A stretch of 12,287 nt of DNA from Salpingoeca rosetta (GCA_033442325.1 JAWQFM010000009.1:850438-862724); one strand, 5' to 3'; positions 1-8,348 are shown, numbered from the stretch's first letter. A program made the numbers and translations. The notes: generated by a model from the sequence alone, not told the origin.

Positions 1-232
1 TGTGTGTACGGGTTCTTCAGTGGAGCTGAGAGCTGTTCAGCTCTGCTGACTCGCATGAGCTTGCCTGGCTTCTTCCACCCCATCGCTATTCTGTTCTTGA
101 GGTCATTGCATCTCGACACAAACACCACAGCCTCTCACCAACTGTCTTCCTCGCTCCATCCCTCCTTCTCTCATGCACACTGGTCGCTCTCTCACGTACA
201 CTCATGCTCTCGTGCTTGTGGGCGTGCGACAG

Positions 233-341
233 GAAGGAAAGCAAGAGGAAGAGGCACTGCTGGGAGAATGCCAGGCGCTTCGACAAGACCTCATCACGGC
301 GCAGGAGAGCTACAACAATGCTGCCAAGGCCCTTAACACAG
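233..341 (+). CDS. Coiled-coil protein (tentatively CCDC122-like), internal exon A: EGKQEEEALLGECQALRQDLITAQESYNNAAKALNT
   Basis: Acceptor gacag| at 228-232 and donor |gtgcgc at 342. Helical E/Q/A/L-rich peptide. Ends in phase 1, matching the next exon. The gene start is probably upstream of the window. Confidence 0.7.
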
Positions 342-523
342 GTGCGCATGTTTTGTTCCCAGACGATCAACAGCCAGATGTGTCGTGGCCACAGTGCTCG
401 TGACTGGTGGGCTGCGATGACTCGGGTGTGGCGTCGTGTGCTGCTTGCACGTATTATGACTGCACGCTTGGTTGCCATAACCACTGAGCTCACACGTGCG
501 TGGCATGCGTTGTGTGTTTCGTG

Positions 524-526
<3 letters not shown>

Positions 527-585
<59 letters not shown>

Positions 586-602
586 GTGCGTGTGTGTGTG
601 TG
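527..602 (+). repeat. (GT)n microsatellite, intronic
   Basis: Read directly. Confidence 0.95.
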
Positions 603-608
603 ACACAG

Positions 609-710
609 CGCTCGCGTACCGGACATCCTTGATCATGGACATTGATTCTGTTGCTGCACAGGAGCGCGAGTGTGTCCAGGCCACGGCTCGTATCAAGCAA
701 CAGTCAACGG
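609..710 (+). CDS. Coiled-coil protein, internal exon B: (A)LAYRTSLIMDIDSVAAQERECVQATARIKQQST
   Basis: Acceptor acacag| directly after the (GT)n tract. Phase-1 entry gives G|CG = Ala in frame with exon A. Donor |gtgtgt at 711. Confidence 0.7.
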
Positions 711-935
711 GTGTGTGTGTAGCTGTGTGTATAGCTGTGTGTAGCTGCGTGTCTGCGTGATGCTGTGTGTATCACGTCATGTCATGCCTGTGTCCTGCCC
801 TGTGTTCTTCTTTGTGCCCTATTCTGCCTTTCGCCCCCCTCCCCCTCGCCTGCATGCCTGGCGTCACACTCACCTCACCACCCCCCCCCACATGTGCTCG
901 TGCTACTGCAACCAAAACACACTCCTGCACCTCAA

Positions 936-937
<2 letters not shown>

Positions 938-1002
<65 letters not shown>

Positions 1003-1064
1003 TGCGTGTGTGTGTGTGTAGTATGTGTGTGTGTGTGTGTGCGTGTGTGTGTGTGTGTGTGTGC
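938..1064 (+). repeat. (GT)n microsatellite, intronic
   Basis: Read directly. Confidence 0.95.
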
Positions 1065-1233
1065 GACGTGCGAGTGTGTGTGTCACTTTACTTTTTTTAT
1101 GAATTCAAATGTTGTGCCAATCCCCAAAGCACACTCCAAGAAGAATACTCTCTACGCTGACGGACTGGCGCACGCTCGTGAAACCACCACGTGTATGTGT
1201 ATAAGAAAAGAGGGAGAGCTCACACAAAAAAAA

Positions 1234-1850
1234 NNNNNNNNNNNNNNNNNNNNNNNNNNNNNNNNNNNNNNNNNNNNNNNNNNNNNNNNNNNNNNNNNNN
1301 NNNNNNNNNNNNNNNNNNNNNNNNNNNNNNNNNNNNNNNNNNNNNNNNNNNNNNNNNNNNNNNNNNNNNNNNNNNNNNNNNNNNNNNNNNNNNNNNNNNN
1401 NNNNNNNNNNNNNNNNNNNNNNNNNNNNNNNNNNNNNNNNNNNNNNNNNNNNNNNNNNNNNNNNNNNNNNNNNNNNNNNNNNNNNNNNNNNNNNNNNNNN
1501 NNNNNNNNNNNNNNNNNNNNNNNNNNNNNNNNNNNNNNNNNNNNNNNNNNNNNNNNNNNNNNNNNNNNNNNNNNNNNNNNNNNNNNNNNNNNNNNNNNNN
1601 NNNNNNNNNNNNNNNNNNNNNNNNNNNNNNNNNNNNNNNNNNNNNNNNNNNNNNNNNNNNNNNNNNNNNNNNNNNNNNNNNNNNNNNNNNNNNNNNNNNN
1701 NNNNNNNNNNNNNNNNNNNNNNNNNNNNNNNNNNNNNNNNNNNNNNNNNNNNNNNNNNNNNNNNNNNNNNNNNNNNNNNNNNNNNNNNNNNNNNNNNNNN
1801 NNNNNNNNNNNNNNNNNNNNNNNNNNNNNNNNNNNNNNNNNNNNNNNNNN
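1234..1850. other. Assembly gap (617 N)
   Basis: Run of N in the sequence. Confidence 1.
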
Positions 1851-1856
1851 CTGCAG

Positions 1857-2114
1857 GTGCAGTGCACACACGCGCGGAAGGAGGTTGCGGAGCTGAGGGC
1901 AGGGGAGGAGCGGCGACGGCAGCAGCTTGAGACGCGGGATCAGGCGCTGCGGGCGATGGCGGAGGAGGTAGAGCGGGTGCAGGGCCCGCACGCGGAGGCG
2001 ACACAGCACCTGCGCAGCACGGAGGAGGCCAAGGCGAAGCTGGACAGGCAGCAGGCAGACAAGGAGGCGTTGCTTGAGCACCGGCTCGCCCTGGTCCAGA
2101 AGAAGCACGACATG
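1857..2114 (+). CDS. Coiled-coil protein, exon C: VQCTHARKEVAELRAGEERRRQQLE...LVQKKHDM
   Basis: Very GC-rich coding-like codon pattern and heptad character. Possible acceptor ctgcag| at 1851-1856, but it abuts the gap so the 5' edge is uncertain. Donor |gtgtgt at 2115 (phase 0). Confidence 0.8.
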
Positions 2115-2439
2115 GTGTGTCATGTGTGTCATGTGTGTATGTCATGTGTGTGTTAACATTTTGTGCAGTTGTGTGCGTGTGCTTGTATCATGTGTGTGTG
2201 TGCTTGTATTGTATCATATGTGCGTGCGTTTTGTATGCACGCATCGTTGTGCACATCATCTTTGCGTGTGGCGCCCTTCACGTTGTTGGGTACAGCGCGT
2301 TTCGGCTGTGTTTGTTTTTCATCCTGCGCGTGCAACCCCATTGCCTCTTCCTGCGCTTCCTTTATTTGTTTATTTGTTTTTTTCACTGACCTTTGCCCCA
2401 CCAACCAACCAACTCACCACCACGACGGCACCACGGCAG

Positions 2440-2994
2440 GTGTCTGGCCACCAGCAGCGGCTGGAGGATGCGCTGGCGCGGCTGCGGCACGACAACGCGT
2501 TTGCGCGGGCGACTGCGCGGGAGGCGACGGAGAACGTGGCGCGGCTGCGGGCGGAACTGCGCGCCATCAGCGCCGCCACCACCCGCGCCGCCACGGGAAG
2601 CGCTCGTGGGCGCGCGGACACGCACACGCGCGTCGAGGGAAGCAGTGGATGCAATAGACACAGCAACAGTAGTGGCGGCAACAAAGACAGCAACGGCAAC
2701 TACGGCAACAGTTACGGCAGTGTAGAGGAGGATGCTGGTGGCTCTTCTGGTCAGGGCACGAAGCGGGGCAGGCCAGCCGTGGCGGCGACAGCGAGCAGCG
2801 CGTTTGACGTTGATGCATCGTCGCTATCGTTTGCGCTGGTGGACGAAGGGCGGGCGGAGATGGCGCGGCGGCAGGCTGCGATTGGCAATCTGCACGCGGC
2901 GTTGCATGCAAGCACGACCGCCATCACCAAGATCAAGGCGCAGCTGGACCGCGTCGTCGCCCGCACAGCAGGCGCAATCGCATCCGCCACTTGA
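2440..2994 (+). CDS. Coiled-coil protein, terminal exon D: VSGHQQRLEDALARLRHDN...AGAIASAT*
   Basis: Acceptor cggcag| at 2434-2439, phase 0 in frame with exon C. Coiled coil, then an S/G/N low-complexity linker, then a C-terminal helix. TGA at 2992-2994. Confidence 0.8.
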   Translation: MSGHQQRLEDALARLRHDNAFARATAREATENVARLRAELRAISAATTRAATGSARGRADTHTRVEGSSGCNRHSNSSGGNKDSNGNYGNSYGSVEEDAGGSSGQGTKRGRPAVAATASSAFDVDASSLSFALVDEGRAEMARRQAAIGNLHAALHASTTAITKIKAQLDRVVARTAGAIASAT

Positions 2995-3010
2995 CTGACC
3001 CTTTCCTGCG

Positions 3011-3013
<3 letters not shown>

Positions 3014-3080
<67 letters not shown>
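3014..3080 (+). repeat. (GT)n microsatellite just after the stop of the coiled-coil gene
   Basis: Read directly. Confidence 0.95.
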
Positions 3081-3083
<3 letters not shown>

Positions 3084-3255
3084 TTTGTTTGTGCACCCTG
3101 CTGTTCGTTTGGCTCCTGCTGTTTTGTTACAATGTCACAAACAATTGACGTCTCCATCTATCATCCTTTGTGCGCTCAAGCAGTCTTTCAGCTGCCTCAA
3201 CGCTTAGTCTTTTGAGCATAATGTGATTGCATGACTGGCATAGGGTTCGATTGCT

Positions 3256-3261
3256 TTTATT
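3256..3261 (-). promoter_or_regulatory. Candidate polyadenylation signal AATAAA for the microprotein transcript
   Basis: tttatt on + at 3256-3261 in a locally AT-richer patch about 310 nt downstream of the TAA. Confidence 0.35.
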
Positions 3262-3568
3262 TCCTTGGCGACTGCCTCATAAACGAGCACAGATGCTTTG
3301 ATGAATGAAAGAAGGCGCCGACAAGCAAGGACGGAGGGGGATATCATCGTTTCAGGAAGAGGATGTGCTCATGACGTGTACATCACGGTCATTCGAGTGA
3401 GCAGGACAAGGTACCCGACAAGACAACGCGTGCGAAACAAAGGCGTGGGGATACATTAGGACGAATGGCAGGCACCGATCGAGGGCACTCGCGAGCAAGT
3501 CCAGGAGACGAGGGATCGTTCTGGCGGGCCAGCGGTAGTCATCACGGTAGTGCTTGCTTTGTGCTTGC

Positions 3569-3706
3569 TTATTGCTTGGCGGCCTTGAGACGCATGGCCA
3601 TCTCGCGGTCTGCCTGTGTCTGCTTGCCGGCAGTCCTTGTGTAGACGAAGAAGATGGTGGCGGCGAGGGCAGCCTGGGCAGCGACACCCTTCATGTTACC
3701 GAACAT
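3569..3706 (-). CDS. Putative 45-aa microprotein MFGNMKGVAAQAALAATIFFVYTRTAGKQTQADREMAMRLKAAKQ (one hydrophobic segment plus basic tail)
   Basis: ATG at 3706-3704 in a caacaATG context, TAA at 3571-3569. Strongly biased codons: all Lys AAG, Phe TTC, Leu CTC, Val GTC, Ile ATC, Tyr TAC, Asn AAC, and 8 of 11 Ala GCC. Downstream AATAAA at 3261-3256. Confidence 0.6.
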   Translation of the reverse strand: MFGNMKGVAAQAALAATIFFVYTRTAGKQTQADREMAMRLKAAKQ

Positions 3707-3830
3707 TGTTGCTGTGCTGTTGTTGTTGTGGTCGACGACAAAGGGGCTTTGGCAGACTGTGTGGGCTTCTGCTTGCGAGGATGGAGGATGGAGGTTGGCT
3801 TGGCTTGGCTTGCTTGCTTAGCTTCTGGCT

Positions 3831-3880
3831 TGCTTGGTTGCTTGGTTGCTTGGTTGCTTGGTTGCTTGGTTGCTTGGTTG
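3831..3880. repeat. 8-bp tandem repeat (TGCTTGGT) x6.25, preceded by degenerate TTGGC/TTGC units from about 3795
   Basis: Read directly from the sequence. Confidence 0.95.
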
Positions 3881-4111
3881 ATGATGGTCGGAGAAAAAAT
3901 GAACGCGGCGTACACACGCACATCACACAGCCAAACAACCCCTTGCTGTCTAGCCGCTTCTCGCAAGCACCGCAGGCTGGCACTGTGATGCGAGGACGTT
4001 GTGTTCTTGCTTCAGTGCCCACCATCGCTCAAGCAAGCACCATCGCCCCTTGCATCAAGCTTCTTGGTGTGTGTCAGTGCTGCGCTTGCCTCATGCTCGG
4101 CTTGTAGAAGT

Positions 4112-4117
4112 TTTATT
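4112..4117 (-). promoter_or_regulatory. Candidate polyadenylation signal AATAAA for the TIR-ARM gene
   Basis: tttatt on + at 4112-4117 in an AT-rich patch about 275 nt downstream of the stop at 4391. Confidence 0.4.
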
Positions 4118-4208
4118 GAAAATATCACATAATTATCGTTGTGTCCGGGTTGGCGGCAGCGTTTGTTTGTGTTTGGGGCAGTGGCGGGCAGCAGTGCAGC
4201 AAAGACGG

Positions 4209-4218
4209 ACACACACAC

Positions 4219-4291
<73 letters not shown>

Positions 4292-4386
4292 CACACACAC
4301 ACACACACACACACACAACAACAACAACACACACACACACATACATACGCACACACACAACAACAACACACACACCACAACACACA
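4209..4386 (+). repeat. Compound (CA)n/(CAA)n microsatellite just after the stop of the TIR-ARM gene
   Basis: Read directly. Confidence 0.95.
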
Positions 4387-4390
4387 TGAA

Positions 4391-5339
4391 TCAGTGGTCT
4401 CCTTGTTCTTCCTCGGCCTTGTGCTTGTCATGGTGCAAAGGGAAGGCCAGCGAGAGCGGGCAAGGTAGGACAAGGCGGCGCAGTAGGTTGACTGCGGCTG
4501 GGCGGAGGAGCTGGCGACATGTCGAGGACACTCTCATCGCCTGGCGTTGGCGGACAAGCAGGCTCTGCACGGCATCGCCCAAGTGCATGGACAACATGCG
4601 CACGCGGGCAGCCGCATCAAAGGAGAGGTTGAACAAGGCACGCAGCACAGCCGCCGTAGCGCACGTGTTGTTCTGGTGTCGGACAAACGCACCCAGCAGT
4701 GCTTGGACGCCACCTTTCGTCGCCACGTGCCTGCGGATGACGTGGCTGCTGCATGTGAGCTGCTCGATGAACACGGCCACTGCAGTCACGAGGCCGCCGT
4801 CGTCATCCAGGCTGTCGTGTGTGCTCAGTGCGCTCAGTGCCAACTCGATGCCGTTCCGGCGCACAATCGAGTGGCGTGCGCCTCCCACCGCAGCCAGCGC
4901 TGCCATGCCCTCGAGTGCGTGTGTTTGCACAGCCATGTCGCCCGGGTGCGCTTGCATTGCTGTGCAGAGCGCCGCAATTGCACCCCCGTCGATCAGCTCG
5001 CGGTACCCGCATGAGGACGACGGCCCTTGCATCTGCATGTCGCACCCACACTCATGTTCGCCAATTAGTGGCACGGCAGCACGTGCGTGTGCCGATGTGT
5101 CCGAAGCGGCGCTTCCGCCGCCATGTGCAACCTGTTGGTGGTTCGCTGCAAGCTCGTTGATGGCGCTCTGGAAGCTAGCGTGTGCGGCCGTGGCCCGTCG
5201 GGTGGCACTCAGCACCAGGTCGCACCCACGGCGCTGGATATGCACGTCGGATGAGCGCTCGGCCATGGCGCGCAGCACTGTTCTGATTGGCATGCCATCA
5301 TGCAGCTGTGATGCCAATGAAGGGCACTCGGGAAACCGC

Positions 5340-5375
<36 letters not shown>

Positions 5376-6664
5376 GTGGGTGATGTGTCCAGCCGATCAC
5401 CACCAGACAAGCACGATTGCGCCAGTGATGGTGGTATGGTCGCTGGCGATGGCGATGGGGACGACGGTGCTGACAGCAGTGGTGACGATGAAGCGTGGGT
5501 GATGCTGGAGGTGCAGAGCCCGTTCAGGCGCTGCTTTCGCAGACCGTGCGTCCTGGGAAGATGGCTGGTATTGTTCGTGCCAAGACTGCTTGTGCTGCTG
5601 GTGTTGCTGATGCTGCTGGTGTGAATGCTGATTCCTGCAAACGTGCCAGTCGTGGACGTGTTTGTGCGGCGTGGCTTGCTGTTCGGCGGAGGGACAGAGG
5701 GGAACAGCCTCGCTGCCTGTGGCTTTGGCAGCTGTGGGCGGCGCGGTTCGGGCGGAGCAGTCGTAACTGGGGGTTGCTTTGCCGTTGTGGTTGCCGGCGC
5801 TGTTGGCGTCATGCGTGTCGCCATGCCCGTGTTGAGACTGTTGGGAGCGAGGCTGCGTACTCGGCGAAGGCCTTGGTGCTCATGTGGGAAGCGTGTGTCC
5901 TCAGACCGCGTGTGGATACGTGGCAGCGTGCCCGTGCTCTGCGCTGCTGGTGAGAGGGTGCGGGGCCGCTGGCGCATGCCCCTCGGATCGCTGACGGTGC
6001 GGCGCGGCGAACGGTGGCCCAGACTTGGCGACCGACTGCTGCGGTGGGAAACAAGCGACGTATCCTTGCCCAGCACGTGCATGAGGGCCAGGATGAGCTT
6101 TTGCGGTGGCCTGTCGCTGCACTCGGCCGTACCCATGTGCCAGTGCACCGTTGCTATCGCCTCGAGCCCGGCAGGAAGGCGGATGCTGCTGCTGCTGCTT
6201 GATGGTGCGACATTGCTGCCTGGCTGCGAGGGAGGGCGTGAGCGACGGCGCTGCACCGGGCTCGCCATGGCCGTCCACAAGTTGACAACGATGCACGGCT
6301 TCTTTGTAGTGATGATGGAGCGAAGGACGGCTGCGGTGCTGTGGCTGTTCCACATGTGTGCCCTCCCTGCACGTGAGGATGCCGCATTGTTGTCTGGACC
6401 CACGGGCTCGTGTATGTCCAGGATGATGATTGCTCTTGCCATCTGTATGAGCTCCAGTAACGCGATGTCTGCCTCATGGGTGGTGGATGAGCCGTGGTGG
6501 TGCTTGCTGAAGAGCGCGCTGGAAGGGAGGCGCACAGACGCGACGTCGTGCATCTCCAGCCATGCCTTGAGCTTGCCTGCAGGCACGATGGCTTGTCGTG
6601 ACCAGTAGATAATGGAGATAACCGGCGTGGCAGCTCGGTCTTGGATCTGCACCTGAGCACACAT
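4391..6664 (-). CDS. 757-aa protein: N-terminal TIR-like domain (about 6625-6068), S/T/P/R-rich disordered linker with polyQ, C-terminal armadillo repeats (about 5293-4505)
   Basis: Long uninterrupted ORF. ARM-type repeats: IRTVLRAMAERSSDVHIQRRGC, GGAIAALCTAMQAHPGDMAVQTHALEGMAALA, NGIELALSALSTH, GGVQALLGAFVRHQNNTCATAAVLRALFNLS. TIR-like elements appear in the expected order (VISIIYW...LIQMARAIIILD...TTKKPCIVVNL...LPAGLEAIATVHW). The true 5' end is uncertain. Confidence 0.85.
5342..5371 (-). repeat. Coding (CAG)10 encoding polyQ
   Basis: (CTG)10 on +, translated as Q10 in the 757-aa ORF. Confidence 0.95.
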
Positions 6665-7047
6665 GGCCCGCTCGTGACGCGTAGTAGCGAAGGGGGAGGG
6701 GGTGTGCTGAAAGAGGGGAGAGCGGGGGCGGCTCGGAAAGCGGATCAGGAAGTTGGTAGAGCGTCAAAGTCTCGCGTTTGACTGGTGGGTGCGGTTTCGG
6801 TCTTGGGTGCTCGCACTGTTGCCGAAAAGGACGGGAAAGGAGGATGAGGATGAGGAGGATGAGGAGGAGGGTGCGTCTGCTCGTCTGGCGGTATCTATGC
6901 GTCTGGCTCACAGGCAGAGGCTGGGCAGATGGGTGTTGTTGTTGTAAGTGCGCTGGTCGGATACGAAGCTGTTCCTCTCCCTCTCGGTGTCCTGTTTGAG
7001 TGTTTGCGTGCCTGAGGGCCTGCTTGAGTGCTTCATGTGTTGGTTAC

Positions 7048-7067
7048 GGGGGGGGGGGGGGGGGGGG
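7048..7067 (+). repeat. G20 homopolymer
   Basis: 20 consecutive G. Confidence 0.95.
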
Positions 7068-7673
7068 CGACCACCAGGGGTTTAGTCGCACACGACCAAC
7101 GATGGCACACTGCTGTGGTGCAGGATCAGAGGAGTGGAATGCTTCTGTCTTTCTGCGCGTGCTGTTCTTGCTGGTGTGTGCACATGCAAGGATGAGTGGT
7201 GGTCGGTGAAAGTGTCAACTTGCCACGGAAGAAATGAATCTGGCTGCTGGTCGGAGACAACCCAACAACCAAGTCTTGCTGGTGGCTTATAGCAATGGCT
7301 GACGTCGAGAACACAAAGCCCACAAACGACAAGCAGCCCTCTTGACGACACAGCCAACATGCGCAATGGTGCGAGGCAGCCTGCCCCCACCATGACCAAC
7401 ACACAACTACACGAACAAGACGCACCAACTAGTTCGTTGGCTTTCCTGGAATTTCGTTTTGAAGCGCGTGCGTGTTGCCTGCGCTTGACTGCTTGGAAAA
7501 CGTCATTGCAACGCGAAAGCGTGGTTGGGTGCAAGGTCTTCCCTTGCGACTCTCCTTTCGACTTCCAGGAACAGACAGACACACTGTGAATAATCTGGCG
7601 TGCTTGCTTGCTGGGTGGTTGCTCATGAAGCTTCGGGAGGGCGTGTCTGCATGCCGTGCGGAATGTAATGTTG

Positions 7674-7705
7674 AGCAAGGCAGCAAGGCAGCAAGGCAGC
7701 AAGGC
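7674..7705. repeat. 8-bp tandem repeat (AGCAAGGC) x4
   Basis: Read directly; lies in the putative 3' UTR or downstream region of the RAVER-like gene. Confidence 0.9.
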
Positions 7706-7942
7706 GGCTTTCTGGCACAAAGCAAAGAAAGAGAGGATGCTGATTTGACATCATGTCATACGACAAGCAAAACAAGCACCGTGGCGGTGGCAACGACAGG
7801 ACACTGTGAACTCCCGCTGCATTCAAAGGTTCAAACTGACAGCAACCATCACACAACAACAGCAAACACATCCAGAGGAGAGAACCAACAGTCAGGGCGA
7901 TAAAGTGTTCAGAAGACGGGGCTGGGCAAGGGTGCTATCGAC

Positions 7943-8107
7943 TCAGCACATGACAAGCCTATCTACAAATTCCCGAGCAAGCTCAAAGGTGGTGTCACCA
8001 AAAGGTTCGGCTTCATCGTCATGGTACGCCATGACAGCGGCCGAGTCAGAAGTCACGTATTCCTCTTCCTCCTCCTCAGCGATCGACAAAGGCAGACGAG
8101 ATGACAG
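7943..8107 (-). CDS. RAVER-like protein, terminal exon: LSSRLPLSIAEEEEEEYVTSDS...FVDRLVMC*
   Basis: Acceptor ttccatatgcag|, phase 0 matching the previous exon. TGA at 7945-7943. Acidic tail. Confidence 0.65.
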   Translation of the reverse strand: MSSRLPLSIAEEEEEEYVTSDSAAVMAYHDDEAEPFGDTTFELAREFVDRLVMC

Positions 8108-8110
8108 CTG

Positions 8111-8144
8111 CATATGGAAACAGAAGTCATATGGAAACAGAAGT
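8111..8144. repeat. Perfect 17-bp tandem duplication (catatggaaacagaagt) x2
   Basis: 8111-8127 is identical to 8128-8144; it duplicates the pyrimidine tract before the last acceptor. Confidence 0.95.
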
Positions 8145-8210
8145 AGCATGACAGGAGGAGCATTTGGGGAAGAGGATGAGGTGTTGGCGCTTCTATATCG
8201 TCAGAAGGCG

Positions 8211-8213
<3 letters not shown>

Positions 8214-8302
<89 letters not shown>

Positions 8303-8348
8303 GCACGCACACACACACACACACAACATACACACACAAAACACACAC
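8214..8348 (+). repeat. (CA)n microsatellite, intronic
   Basis: Read directly. Confidence 0.95.

Noticed and set aside
1085-1233. AT-richer stretch ending in A8 next to the gap, which could suggest a retroposed poly(A) insertion
   Set aside because: It abuts the gap and is more likely low-quality contig-end sequence; no element features or target-site duplication are visible.
757-2156. ORFs spanning the N gap
   Set aside because: Their length is an artefact of N codons and (GT)n read-through; only 1857-2114 is supported.
3352-3988. Track ORFs 3352-3687 (-), 3554-3988 (+), 3691-3966 (-) and similar
   Set aside because: Non-ATG starts or repeat-derived peptides (LVAWLLGC, ATKQPSNQ). The 45-aa frame explains the coding-like signal better.
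3999-6608. Long + strand ORFs 3999-5624 (541 aa) and 5625-6608 (327 aa)
   Set aside because: Antisense shadows of the GC-rich TIR-ARM ORF. They run through microsatellites, give poly-Cys/poly-HT and show no domain pattern.
6764-7036. Selenocysteine or stop read-through of the two in-frame TGAs upstream of the TIR-ARM ORF
   Set aside because: Low-complexity context with no redox motif, and no SECIS recognised; chance frame coincidence is sufficient.
7082-7940. ORFs between the RAVER-like and TIR-ARM genes (for example 7082-7720 -, 7472-7903 +)
   Set aside because: No codon bias, domain or convincing splice context; likely UTR or intergenic. No tRNA or rRNA fold was recognised.
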